NCBI GenBank assembly: GCA_964016885.1
Contig: OZ024740.1
Location: 214,086,001 to 214,150,000 of the forward strand
DNA length: 64,000 bases
Direction: 5' to 3'
Source of the DNA: Eledone cirrhosa
Taxonomy: Eukaryota
The notes under the pieces are model-generated. The model was not told the origin of the DNA, made no database searches, and saw only the letters and a list, made by a program, of their open reading frames with translations. Made by a program: the position numbers and the translations under genes. The first letter of the stretch is position 1, and every line of letters starts with the position of its first letter. This document shows positions 38,801-53,800 of this stretch, in pieces.

Positions 38801-41800
38801 ATATACAGTTAGTAACAGTAGTAATATAGAGTTAGTAACAGTAGCTATATAGAGTTCGTAAATGTAGTTATATATAGTCAATAACAGTAGCTATATAGTT
38901 AGTAACGGTAGTAATATAGAGTTAGTAACAGTAGTTATATTTAGTTAGTAACAGTTAAAATATAGAGTCTGTAACAATATTCATATAGAGTTAGTAACAG
39001 TAGTAATATAGATTTAGTAACAGTAGTTATATATAGTTAGTAAATGTGGTAATATATAGTTAGTAACAGTAGTAATATAGAGTTAGTAACAGTAGCTATA
39101 TAGAGTTCGTAAAAGTAGTTATATATAGTCAGTAACAGTAGCTATATGGCTAGCAACAGTAGTAATATAGAGTTAGTAACAGTAGTTATATTTAGTTAGT
39201 AACAGTAATAATATAGTTAGTAACAGTAGTTATACAGAGTTAGTAACAGTAGTTATATAGAGATATTAACAGTAATAATATAGAGTTTGTAACAGTAGTC
39301 ATATAGAGTTAGTAACAGTAGTAATATAGAGTTAGTAACAGTAGTTATATATAGTTAGTAAGTGTGGTAATATATAGTTAGTAACAGTGTAATATAAATT
39401 TAGTAACAGTAGTTATATAGAGGTAGTAAAGGAAGGTATATAGTTAGTAACAGTAGTAATAAAGTTAATAACAGTAGTCATATAGCGTTATTAACAGTGG
39501 TTATATATCGTTAGTAACAGGAGTAATATAGAGTTAGTAACAGTAGCTATATAGAGTTAGTAATAGTAGTAATATTGAATTAGTGACATTTATATTAGAG
39601 AGTTAGTAACAGTAGTAATATAAAGTTAGAAACAGTAGTAATATAGAGTTAGTAACAGTGGTAATATATAGTTAGTAACAGTAGTTACATAGAGTTAGTA
39701 ACTATAGTTATATAGTTAGTAACAGTAATAATATAGAGTAACAGTGGTAATATAGAGTTAGTAGCAGTACTAATATAGAGTTAGCAACAGTAGTAATATA
39801 GTGTTAGTAACAGTAGTAATATAGAGTAAGAAAAGGTAGTTATATATAGTCAGTAACAGAAGTTATATAGAGTTAGTAACATTATTAATATAGAGTTAGT
39901 AGCAGTAGTAAGATATAGAGTTAGTAATATTAGTTATATAGTTAGTAACAATAGCTATTTATAGTTAGTAACAGTAGTTATATAGTTCATAAGAATAGTT
40001 ATATATAGTTAGTAACAGTGGAAATATAGAGTTAGTAACATTAGTAATTTATAGTTAGTAAGTGTGGTAATATACAGTTAGTAACAGTAGTAATATAGAG
40101 TTAGTAACAGTAGCTATATAGAGTTCGTAAATGTAGTTATATATAGTCAATAACAGTAGCTATATAGTTAGTAACAGTAGTAATATAGAGTTAGTAACAG
40201 TAGTTATATTTAGTTAGCAACAGTTAAAATATAGAGTCTGTAACAATATTCATATAGAGTTAGTAACAGTAGTAATATAGATTTAGTAACAGTAGTTATA
40301 TATAGTTAGTAAGTGTGGTAATATATAGTTAGTAACAGTGTAATATGAATTTAGTAACAGTAGTTATATAGAGGTAGTAAAGGTAGATATATATTTAGTA
40401 ACAGTAGTAATAAAGTTAATAACAGTAGTCATATATAGTTATTAACAGTAGTAATATAGAGCTAGTAACAGTAGCTATATAGAGCTAGTAACGGTAGCTA
40501 TATAGAGTTAGTAGCAGTAGATATATAGCGTTATTAACAGTGGTTATATATAGTTAGTAACAGTAGTAATATAGAGTTAGTAAAAGTAGCTATATAGAGT
40601 TAGTAATAGTAGTAATATAGAATTAGTGACATTTATATTATAGAGTTAGTAACAGTAGTAATATAAAGTTAGATTTAGAGGTAATATATAGTTAGTAATA
40701 GTAGTTATTATCGAGTTGGTTAACAGTAGTAATATAAAGTTAGAAACAGTAGTAATATAGAGTTAGTAACATTTGTAATTTATAGTTAGTAAGTGTGGTA
40801 ATATATAGTTAGTCACAGTGGTACAGTGGTAATATAGAGTTAGTAACAGTAGTCATATAGAGTTAGTAACAGTAGTAATATAGAGTTAGTAACAGTGGTA
40901 TTATAGAGGTAGTAAGAGTAGTAATATAGAATTAGTAACAGTAGTTATATAGAGTTAGGAAATGTAGTAATATAGTTAGTAACAGTAGTCATATAGAGTT
41001 AGTAACAGTAGATATATAGAGTTAGTAACAGTAGTTATATAGAGTGAGTAACAGTAGTTATATAGAGTTAGTAACAGTAGTTATATAGAGTTATTACCAG
41101 TAGTTATATAGAATTAATAACAGTAGTTATATAGAGTGAGTAACAGGAGTTAGAGAGAGTTAGTAACAGTGGTAATATAGAGTTAGTAAGAATAGCAATA
41201 TAGAATTAGTAACAGTAGTCATATATTGTTTGTAACAGTAGTTACATAGAGTTAGTAACAGGTGTTATGTAGAGTTAGTAAGAGTAGTTATATAGAGTTA
41301 GTAAGAGTATCTATATAGAGTTAGCAACAGTAGTAATATAGAGTTAGTAATAGTAGTTATATATAGTTAGTAACAGAAGTAATATAGTGTTAGTAACCGT
41401 AGTAATATAGAGTTAGTAACAGTAGTAATATAGTTAGTAACAGTAGTAATAGACAGTAAGTAAAAGTGGTAATATAGAGTTAGTAACAGTAGCTATATAG
41501 AGTTAATAGCAATAGTAATATAGAGTTAGTAACAGTAGTAATATAGAGATAGTAACACTAGCTATATAGAGTTAGCACCAGTAGTTACATAGCGCTAGTA
41601 ACAGTGGTTATATATAGTTAGTAACAGTAGTAATATAGAGTTAGAAACATTAGTAATATAGAGTTAGTAACAGTAGTAATATAGAATTAGTAAAACTAGT
41701 AATATATAGTCAATAACGATAGTTATATATAGTTAGTAATAGTAGCTATATAGTTAGAAACACTAGTAATATAGAGTTAGTAACAGTAGTTATATTTAGT

Positions 41801-44800
41801 TAGTAACAGTAGTAATATAGTTAGTAACACCAGTTATATAGAGTTAGTAACAGTAGTTATATAGAGTTAGTAACAGTTGTAATATAGAGTTAGTAACAGC
41901 TGTCATATAGAGTTAGTAACAGTAGTAATATAGAGTTCGTAACACTTTTAATATAGAGTTAGTAAGATTAGTAATATAGAATTAGTAATATTAGTTATAT
42001 AGAGTTATTAATATTAGCAAAATAGTTAGTATCCGAAGTTATATAGATTTTATAACAGTAGTTATATAGAGTTAGGAGCAGTAGTATATAGAGTTAGTAT
42101 GAGTAGTTATATAGAGTCAGTAACAGTAGTTATATATAGCTCGTAACAGAAGTAATATTGAGTTAGTAACAGTAGTTATATGTAGTTAGTAACTGGTAAT
42201 ATAGAGTTAGTAACGTTAGTAATTTATAGTTAGTAAGTGTGGTAATATATAGTTAGTAACAGTGTAACATAAATTTAATAACAGTAGTAATATATCGTTA
42301 GTAACAGTAGTAATATAGTGTTATTAACAGTAGAATTATAGAGCTAGTAATAGTAGCTATATAGTGTTAGTAGCAGTAGTTATATAGCGTTATTAACAGT
42401 GGTTATATGTAGTTAGTAACAGTAGTCATATAGAGTTAGTAACGGTAGTTATATAGAGTTAGTAACAGTAATAATAGAGAGTTAGTAATAGTAGTAATAT
42501 AGTTAGCGATAGTAGTTATATAGAGTTATTAACAGTAGTTATATAGAGTTAGACTCAGTAGTTATTTATAGTTAGTAACAGTAGTAATATAGAGTTAGTA
42601 ACAATAGTAATATAGCGTTAGTAACACTAGTAATATACAGTTAGTGACAGTAGCTATATAGAATTAGTAACAGTAGTTATATAGCATTAGTGACAGTGGT
42701 TATATATAATTAGTAACAGTAGTTATATTGAGTTATTAACAATAGTTATATAGAGTTAGTAAGAGTAGCAGTATAGAGTTAGTAAAAGTAGTTATATATA
42801 GTCAGTAAAAGTAGTTATATAGAGTTAGTAACAGTAGTTATATAGAGTTAGTAACAGTAGTATATAGAGTTAGTAAGAGTAGTTATATAGAGTTAATAAC
42901 AATAGTTATACATAGTTAGTAACAGTAGTAATATAAAGTTAGTAAAAGTAGTGATATGTAGTCAGTAAAAGTAGCTATATTGAGTTAGTAACTGTAGCTA
43001 TATAGTTAGTAACACTAGTAATATAGAGTTAGTATCAGTAGCTATATTTAGTTAGTAACAGTAGTAATATAGTTAGTAACACTAGTTATATAGAGTTAGT
43101 AACAGTAGTTATATAGAGTTAGTAACAGTAGTCATATAGAGTTAGTAACAGTAATAATAGAGAGTTAGTAACAGTAGTAGTATAGAGTTAGTAACAGTGG
43201 TAATATAGAGTTAGTAAGAGTAGTTATATAGAGTTAGTAACTGTAGTAATATAGTTAGTAACAGTAGTCATATAGAGTTAGTAACATTAGTTATATAGAG
43301 TTAGTAACAGTAGTTATATAGAGTGAGTTACAGTAGTTATATAGAGTTAGTAACACTAGTAATATAGAGGTAGTAACAGTAGTTATATTGAGTTGGTAAA
43401 AGTAGTAATATAGAGATAGTAAAAGTAGTTATATAGAATTAGTAACAGTAGTAATATAGAGGTAGTAACAGTAGCTATATAGAGTTAGTACCAGTAGTTA
43501 TATAGCGTTATTAACAGGATGTATATAGAGTTAGTAACAGTAGTTATATAGAGTTAGTAACAGTAGTCATATAGAGTTAGTAACAGTAGCCATATAGAGT
43601 TAGTACCAGTGGTTATATAGCGTTAGTAACAGTAGTAATATAGAGTTAGTAACAGTAGTAATATAGAATTAGTAACAGTAGTTATATATAGTTAGTAACT
43701 GTAGTAATATAGAGTTAGTAATAGTAGTAATATAGAGTTTGTCAAAGTAGTCATATATCTTCAGTAACTGTAGTTATATAGAGTTAGTAACAGTAGTAAT
43801 ATAGAGGTAGTAACAGTAGCTATATGGAGTTAGTACCAGTAGTTATATATTGTTATTAACAGTGGTTATATATAGTTAGTAACAGTAGTAATATAGAGTT
43901 AGTAACAGTAGCTATATAGAGTTAGTACCAGTAGTTATATAGCGTTAGTGACAGTGGTTATATATAGTTAGTAACACTAATAATATAGAGTTAGTAACAG
44001 TAGTAATATAGAGGTAGTAAATGTAGTTATATATAGTCAGTAACAGTAGCTATATAGTTAGTAACAGTAGTAATATAGAGTTAGTAACAATAGTTATATT
44101 TAGTTAGTAACATTAGGAATATAGTTAGTAACAGTAGTAATATAGAGATAGTAACAGTAGTTATATAGAGCTAGTAACAGTAGTTATATAGAGTGTGTAA
44201 CAGAAGGTATATAGAGTTAGTAACAATAGTCATATAGAGTTAGTAACAGTAGTTATATATAGTTAGTAAGTGTGGTAATATATAGTTAGTAACAGTGTAA
44301 TATAAATTTAGTAACAGTAGTTATATAGAGGTAGTAAACGTAGATATATATTTAGTAACAGTAGTAATAAAGTTAATAACAGTAGTCATATATAGTTATT
44401 AACAGTAGTAATATAGAGCTAGTAACAGTAGCTATATAGAGCTAGTAACAGTAGCTATATAGAGTTAGTAGCAGTAGTTATATAGCGTTATTAACAGTGG
44501 TTATATATAGTTAGTAACAGTAGTAATATAGAGTTAGTAAAAGTAGCTATATAGAGTTAGTAATAGTAGTAATATAGAATTAGTGACATTTATATTATAG
44601 AGTTAGTAACAGTAGTAATATAAAGTTAGATTTAGAGGTAATATATAGTTAGTAATAGTAGTTATTATCGAGTTGGTTAACAGTAGTAATATAAAGTTAG
44701 AAACAGTAGTAATATAGAGTTAGTAACATTTGTAATTTATAGTTAGTAAGTGTGGTAATATATAGTTAGTCACAGTGGTACAGTGGTAATATAGAGTTAG

Positions 44801-47800
44801 TAACATTAGTCATATAGAGTTAGTAACAGTAGTAATATAGAGTTAGTAACAGTGGTATTATAGAGTTAGTAAGAGTAGTAATATAGAATTAGTAACAGTA
44901 GTTATATAGAGTTAGGAAATGTAGTAATATAGTTAGTAACAGTAGTCATATAGAGTTAGTAACAGTAGATATATAGAGTTAGCAACAGTAGTTATATAGA
45001 GTGAGTAACAGTAGTTATATAGAGTTAGTAACAGTAGTTATATAGAGTTATTACCAGTAGTTATATAGAATTAATAACAGTAGTTATATAGAGTGAGTAA
45101 CAGGAGTTAGAGAGAGTTAGTAACAGTGGTAATATAGAGTTAGTAAGAATAGCAATATAGAATTAGTAACAGTAGTCATATATTGTTTGTAACAGTAGTT
45201 ACATAGAGTTAGTAACAGGTGTTATGTAGAGTTAGTAAGAGTAGTTATATAGAGTTAGTAAGAGTATTTATATAGAGTTAGCAACAGTAGTAATATAGAG
45301 TTAGTAATAGTAGTTATATATAGTTAGTAACAGAAGTAATATAGAGTTAGTAACAGTAGTAATATAGAGTTAGTAACAGTAGTAATATAGTTAGTAACAG
45401 TAGTAATAGACAATAAGTAAAAGTGGTAATATAGAGTTCTTAACAGTAGCTATATAGAGTTAATAGCAATAGTAATATAGAGTTAGTAACTGTAGTAATA
45501 TAGAGATAGTAACACTAGCTATATAGAGTTAGCACCAGTAGTTACATAGCGCTAGTAACAGTGGTTATATATAGTTAGTAACAGTAGTAATATAGAGTTA
45601 GAAACATTAGTAATATAGAGTTAGTAACAGTAGTAATATAGAATTAGTAAAACTAGTAATATATAGTCAATAACAATAGTTATATATAGTTAGTAATAGT
45701 AGCTATATAGTTAGAAACACTAGTAATATAGAGTTAGTAACAGTAGTTATATTTAGTTAGTAACAGTAGTAATATAGTTAGTAACACTAGTTATATAGAG
45801 TTAGTAACAGTAGTTATATAGAGGTAGTAACAGTTGTAATATAGAGTTAGTCACAGCTGTCATATAGAGTTAGTAACACTAGTAATATAGAGTTCGTAAC
45901 ACTTTTAATATAGATTTAGTAAGATTAGTAATATAGAATTAGTAATATTAGTTATATAGAGTTATTAATATTAGCAAAATAGTTAGTATCATAAGTTATA
46001 TAGAGTTTATAACAGTAGTTATATAGAGTTAGTAACAGTAGTATATAGAGTTAGTATGAGTAGTTATATAGAGTCAGTAATAGTAGTTATATATAGCTAG
46101 TAACAGAAGTAATATTGAGTTAGTAACAGTAGTTATATGTAGTTAGTAACTGGTAATATAGAGTTAGTAACATTAGTAATTTATAGTTAGTAAGTGTCGT
46201 AATATATAGTTAGTAACAGTGTAACATAAATTTAATAACAGTAGTAATATATCGTTAGTAACAGTAGTAATATAGAGTTAGTAACAGTAGTATTATAGAG
46301 CTAGTAATAGTAGCTATATAGTGTTAGTAGCAGTAGTTATATAGAGTGTGTAACAGAAGGTATATAGAGTTAGTAACAATAGTCATATAGAGTTAGTAAC
46401 AGTAGTTATATATAGTTAGTAAGTGTGGTAATATATAGTTAGTAACAGTGTAATATAAATTTAGTAACAGTAGTTATATAGAGGTAGTAAACGTAGATAT
46501 ATATTTAGTAACAGTAGTAATAATGTTAATAACAGTAGTCATATATAGTTATTAACAGTAGTAATATAGAGCTAGTAACAGTAGCTATATAGAGCTAGTA
46601 ACAGTAGCTATATAGAGTTAGTAGCAGTAGTTATATAGCGTTATTAACAGTGGTTATATATAGTTAGTAACAGTAGTAATATAGAGTTAGTAAAAGTAGC
46701 TATATAGAGTTAGTAATAGTAGTAATATAGAATTAGTGACATTTATATTATAGAGTTAGTAACAGTAGTAATATAAAGTTAGATTTAGAGGTAATATATA
46801 GTTAGTAATAGTAGTTATTATCGAGTTGGTTAACAGTAGTAATATAAAGTTAGAAACAGTAGTAATATAGAGTTAGTAACATTTGTAATTTATAGTTAGT
46901 AAGTGTGGTAATATATAGTTAGTCACAGTGGTACAGTGGTAATATAGAGTTAGTAACATTAGTCATATAGAGTTAGTAACAGTAGTAATATAGAGTTAGT
47001 AACAGTGGTATTATAGAGTTAGTAAGAGTAGTAATATAGAATTAGTAACAGTAGTTATATAGAGTTAGGAAATGTAGTAATATAGTTAGTAACAGTAGTC
47101 ATATAGAGTTAGTAACAGTAGATATATAGAGTTAGCAACAGTAGTTATATAGAGTGAGTAACAGTAGTTATATAGAGTTAGTAACAGTAGTTATATAGAG
47201 TTATTACCAGTAGTTATATAGAATTAATAACAGTAGTTATATAGAGTGAGTAACAGGAGTTAGAGAGAGTTAGTAACAGTGGTAATATAGAGTTAGTAAG
47301 AATAGCAATATAGAATTAGTAACAGTAGTCATATATTGTTTGTAACAGTAGTTACATAGAGTTAGTAACAGGTGTTATGTAGAGTTAGTAAGAGTAGTTA
47401 TATAGAGTTAGTAAGAGTATTTATATAGAGTTAGCAACAGTAGTAATATAGAGTTAGTAATAGTAGTTATATATAGTTAGTAACAGAAGTAATATAGAGT
47501 TAGTAACAGTAGTAATATAGAGTTAGTAACAGTAGTAATATAGTTAGTAACAGTAGTAATAGACAATAAGTAAAAGTGGTAATATAGAGTTCTTAACAGT
47601 AGCTATATAGAGTTAATAGCAATAGTAATATAGAGTTAGTAACTGTAGTAATATAGAGATAGTAACACTAGCTATATAGAGTTAGCACCAGTAGTTACAT
47701 AGCGCTAGTAACAGTGGTTATATATAGTTAGTAACAGTAGTAATATAGAGTTAGAAACATTAGTAATATAGAGTTAGTAACAGTAGTAATATAGAATTAG

Positions 47801-50800
47801 TAAAACTAGTAATATATAGTCAATAACAATAGTTATATATAGTTAGTAATAGTAGCTATATAGTTAGAAACACTAGTAATATAGAGTTAGTAACAGTAGT
47901 TATATTTAGTTAGTAACAGTAGTAATATAGTTAGTAACACTAGTTATATAGAGTTAGTAACAGTAGTTATATAGAGTTAGTAACAGTTGTAATATAGAGT
48001 TAGTCACAGCTGTCATATAGAGTTAGTAACACTAGTAATATAGAGTTCGTAACACTTTTAATATAGATTTAGTAAGATTAGTAATATAGAATTAGTAATA
48101 TTAGTTATATAGAGTTATTAATATTAGCAAAATAGTTAGTATCAGAAGTTATATAGAGTTTATAACAGTAGTTATATAGAGTTAGTAACAGTAGTATATA
48201 GAGTTAGTATGAGTAGTTATATAGAGTCAGTAATAGTAGTTATATATAGCTAGTAACAGAAGTAATATTGAGTTAGTAACAGTAGTTATATGTAGTTAGT
48301 AACTGGTAATATAGAGTTAGTAACATTAGTAATTTATAGTTAGTAAGTGTCGTAATATATAGTTAGTAACAGTGTAACATAAATTTAATAACAGTAGTAA
48401 TATATCGTTAGTAACAGTAGTAATATAGAGTTAGTAACAGTAGTATTATAGAGCTAGTAATAGTAGCTATATAGTGTTAGTAGCAGTAGTTATATAGAGT
48501 GTGTAACAGAAGGTATATAGAGTTAGTAACAATAGTCATATAGAGTTAGTAACAGTAGTTATATATAGTTAGTAAGTGTGGTAATATATAGTTAGTAACA
48601 GTGTAATATAAATTTAGTAACAGTAGTTATATAGAGGTAGTAAACGTAGATATATATTTAGTAACAGTAGTAATAATGTTAATAACAGTAGTCATATATA
48701 GTTATTAACAGTAGTAATATAGAGCTAGTAACAGTAGCTATATAGAGCTAGTAACAGTAGCTATATAGAGTTAGTAGCAGTAGTTATATAGCGTTATTAA
48801 CAGTGGTTATATATAGTTAGTAACAGTAGTAATATAGAGTTAGTAAAAGTAGCTATATAGAGTTAGTAATAGTAGTAATATAGAATTAGTGACATTTATA
48901 TTATAGAGTTAGTAACAGTAGTAATATAAAGTTAGATTTAGAGGTAATATATAGTTAGTAATAGTAGTTATTATCGAGTTGGTTAACAGTAGTAATATAA
49001 AGTTAGAAACAGTAGTAATATAGAGTTAGTAACATTTGTAATTTATAGTTAGTAAGTGTGGTAATATATAGTTAGTCACAGTGGTACAGTGGTAATATAG
49101 AGTTAGTAACATTAGTCATATAGAGTTAGTAACAGTAGTAATATAGAGTTAGTAACAGTGGTATTATAGAGTTAGTAAGAGTAGTAATATAGAATTAGTA
49201 ACAGTAGTTATATAGAGTTAGGAAATGTAGTAATATAGTTAGTAACAGTAGTCATATAGAGTTAGTAACAGTAGATATATAGAGTTAGCAACAGTAGTTA
49301 TATAGAGTGAGTAACAGTAGTTATATAGAGTTAGTAACAGTAGTTATATAGAGTTATTACCAGTAGTTATATAGAATTAATAACAGTAGTTATATAGAGT
49401 GAGTAACAGGAGTTAGAGAGAGTTAGTAACAGTGGTAATATAGAGTTAGTAAGAATAGCAATATAGAATTAGTAACAGTAGTCATATATTGTTTGTAACA
49501 GTAGTTACATAGAGTTAGTAACAGGTGTTATGTAGAGTTAGTAAGAGTAGTTATATAGAGTTAGTAAGAGTATTTATATAGAGTTAGCAACAGTAGTAAT
49601 ATAGAGTTAGTAATAGTAGTTATATATAGTTAGTAACAGAAGTAATATAGAGTTAGTAACAGTAGTAATATAGAGTTAGTAACAGTAGTAATATAGTTAG
49701 TAACAGTAGTAATAGACAATAAGTAAAAGTGGTAATATAGAGTTCTTAACAGTAGCTATATAGAGTTAATAGCAATAGTAATATAGAGTTAGTAACTGTA
49801 GTAATATAGAGATAGTAACACTAGCTATATAGAGTTAGCACCAGTAGTTACATAGCGCTAGTAACAGTGGTTATATATAGTTAGTAACAGTAGTAATATA
49901 GAGTTAGAAACATTAGTAATATAGAGTTAGTAACAGTAGTAATATAGAATTAGTAAAACTAGTAATATATAGTCAATAACAATAGTTATATATAGTTAGT
50001 AATAGTAGCTATATAGTTAGAAACACTAGTAATATAGAGTTAGTAACAGTAGTTATATTTAGTTAGTAACAGTAGTAATATAGTTAGTAACACTAGTTAT
50101 ATAGAGTTAGTAACAGTAGTTATATAGAGTTAGTAACAGTTGTAATATAGAGTTAGTCACAGCTGTCATATAGAGTTAGTAACACTAGTAATATAGAGTT
50201 CGTAACACTTTTAATATAGATTTAGTAAGATTAGTAATATAGAATTAGTAATATTAGTTATATAGAGTTATTAATATTAGCAAAATAGTTAGTATCAGAA
50301 GTTATATAGAGTTTATAACAGTAGTTATATAGAGTTAGTAACAGTAGTATATAGAGTTAGTATGAGTAGTTATATAGAGTCAGTAATAGTAGTTATATAT
50401 AGCTAGTAACAGAAGTAATATTGAGTTAGTAACAGTAGTTATATGTAGTTAGTAACTGGTAATATAGAGTTAGTAACATTAGTAATTTATAGTTAGTAAG
50501 TGTCGTAATATATAGTTAGTAACAGTGTAACATAAATTTAATAACAGTAGTAATATATCGTTAGTAACAGTAGTAATATAGAGTTAGTAACAGTAGTATT
50601 ATAGAGCTAGTAATAGTAGCTATATAGTGTTAGTAGCAGTAGTTATATAGCGTTATTAACAGTGATTATATGTAGTTAGTAACAGTAGTCATATAGAGTT
50701 AGTAACGGTAGTCATATAGAGTTAGTAACAGTAATAATAGAGAGTTAGTAATAGTAGTAATATAGTTAGCGACAGTAGTTATATAGAGTTATTAACAGTA

Positions 50801-53800
50801 GTTATATAGAGTTAGTCTCAGTAGTTATATAGAGTTAGTAACAGTAGTTATTTATAGTTAGTAACAGTAGTAATATAGAGTTAGTAACAATAGTAATATA
50901 GCGTTAGTAACACTAGTAATATACAGTTAGTGACAGTAGCTATATAGAGTTAGTAACAGTAGTTATATAGCATTAGTGACAGTGGTTATATATAATTAGT
51001 AACAGTAGTTATATAGAGTTAGTAACACTAGTTATATAGAGTTGTAACAGTAGTATATAGAGTTAGTAAGAGTAGCCATATAGAGTTAGTACCAGTAGTT
51101 ATATAGCGTTAGTAACAGTAGTAATATAGAGTTAGTAACAGTAGTAATATAGAATTAGTAACAGTAGTAATATAGAGGTAGTAAAAGTTGTTATATATAA
51201 TCAATAACAGTAGCTATATAGTTAGTAACAGTAGTAATATAGAGTTTGTAACAGTAGTTATATTTAGTTAGTAACAATAGGAATATAATTAGTAACAGTA
51301 GTTATATTGAGTTATTAACAATAGTTATATAGAGTTAGTAAGAGTAGCAATATAGAGTTAGTAAAAGTAGTTATATATAGTCAGTAAAAGTAGTTATATA
51401 GAGTTAGTAACAGTAGTTATATAGAGTTAGTAACAGTAGTATATAGAGTTAGTAAGAGTAGTTATATAGAGTTAATAACAATAGTTATACATAGTTAGTA
51501 ACAGTAGTAATATAAAGTTAGTAAAAGTAGTGATATGTAGTCAGTAAAAGTAGCTATATTGAGTTAGTAACTGTAGCTATATAGTTAGTAACACTAGTAA
51601 TATAGAGTTAGTATCAGTAGTTATATTTAGTTAGTAACAGTAGTAATATAGTTAGTAACACTAGTTATATAGAGTTAGTAACAGTAGTTATATAGAGTTA
51701 GTAACAGTAGTCATATAGAGTTAGTAACAGTAATAATAGAGAGTTAGTAACAGTAGTAGTATAGAGTTAGTAACAGTGGTAATATAGAGTTAGTAAGAGT
51801 AGTTATATAGAGTTAGTAACTGTAGTAATATAGTTAGTAACAGTAGTCATATAGAGTTAGTAACATTAGTTATATAGAGTTAGTAACAGTAGTTATATAG
51901 AGTGAGTTACAGTAGTTATATAGAGTTAGTAACACTAGTAATATAGAGGTAGTAACAGTAGTTATATTGAGTTGGTAACAGTAGTAATATAGAGATAGTA
52001 AAAGTAGTTATATAGAGTTAGTAACAGTAGTAATATAGAGGTAGTAACAGTAGCTATATAGAGTTAGTACCAGTAGTTATATAGCGTTATTAACAGGATG
52101 TATATAGAGTTAGTAACAGTAGTTATATAGAGTTAGTAACAGTAGTCATATAGAGTTAGTCACAGTTGCCATATAGAGTTAGTACCAGTGGTTATATAGC
52201 GTTAGTAACGGTAGTAATATAGAATTAGTAACAGTAGTTATATATAGTTAGTAACTGTAGTAATATAGAGTTAGTAATAGTAGTAATATAGAGTTTGTCA
52301 AAGTAGTTATATATCTTCAGTAACTGTAGTAATATAGAGGTAGTAACAGTAGCTATATGGAGTTAGTAGCAGTGGTTATATAGCGTTATTAACAGTGGTT
52401 ATATATAGTTAGTAACAATAGTAATATTGAGTTAGTAACAGTAGCTATATAGAGTTAGTACCAGTAGTTATATAGCGTTAGTGACAGTGGTTATATATAG
52501 TTAGTAACACTAATAATATAGAGTTAGTAACAGTAGTAATATAGAGGTAGTAAATGTAGTTATATATAGTCAGTAACAGTAGCTATATAGTTAGTAACAG
52601 TAGTAATATAGAGTTAGTAACAGTAGTTATATTTAGTTAGTAACATTAGGAATATAGTTAGTAACAGTAGTAATATAGAGATAGTAACAGTAGTTATATA
52701 GAGCTAGTAACAGTAGTTATATAGAGTGTGTAACAGAAGGTATATAGAGTTAGTAACAATAGTTATATAGAGTTAGTAACAGTAGTTATATAGATATAGC
52801 AACAGTAGTAATATTGAGTTAGTAACTGTTTCCATATAGAGTTAGTACCAGAAGTTATATAGCGTTAGTAACAGTAGTAATATAGAGTTAGTAACAGTAG
52901 CAATATAGAATTAGTAACAGTAGATATATATAGTTAGTAACTGTAGTAATATAGAGTTAGTAACAGTAGTAATATAGAGTTTGTAAAAGTAGTTATATAT
53001 AGTCAGTAACAGTAGTTATATGGAGTTAGTACCAGAAGAAATATAGAGTTAGTAGAAGTAGTAATATATAGAGTTAGTAATAGTAGTTATATAGTTAGTA
53101 ACAATACTTATATATAGTTAGTAACAGTAGTTATATAGTTAGTAACAATAGTTATAAATAGTTATTAATAGTGAAAATATATGTTAGTAACAGTGATAAT
53201 ATAGAGTTAGTAACAGTAGTTATATAGAGTTAGTAACACCAGTAATATAATTAGTAACAGTAGTTATATAGAGTTAGTAACAGTGGTTATATTGGGTTAG
53301 TAACAGTAGTTATATAGAGTGAGTAACAGTAGTTATATAGAGTTAGTAACAGTAGTATTATAGAGTTAGTAACAGTAGCAATATAGTTAGTAACAGTAGT
53401 TAAATAGAGTTATTAACAGTAGTTATATAGAGACAGTAACAGTAGTTATATAGAGTTAGTAACAGTATTTATATAGAGTGAGTAACAGGATGTATATAGA
53501 GTTAGTAACAGTAGTTATATAGAATTAGTAACAGTAGTTATATAGAGTTAGTAACAGTTGCCATATAGAGTTAGTAACAGTGGTTATATAGCATTAGAAA
53601 CAGTAGTAATATAGAGTTAGTAACAGTAGTAATATAGAATTAGTAACAGTAGTTATATATCGTTAGTAACTGTAATAATATAGAGTTAGTAATAGTAGTA
53701 ATATAGAATTTGTCAAAGTAGTTATATATCTTCAGTAACTGTAGTTATATCGAGTTAGTAACAGAAGTAATATAGAGTTAGTAGCACTAGTAATATATAG

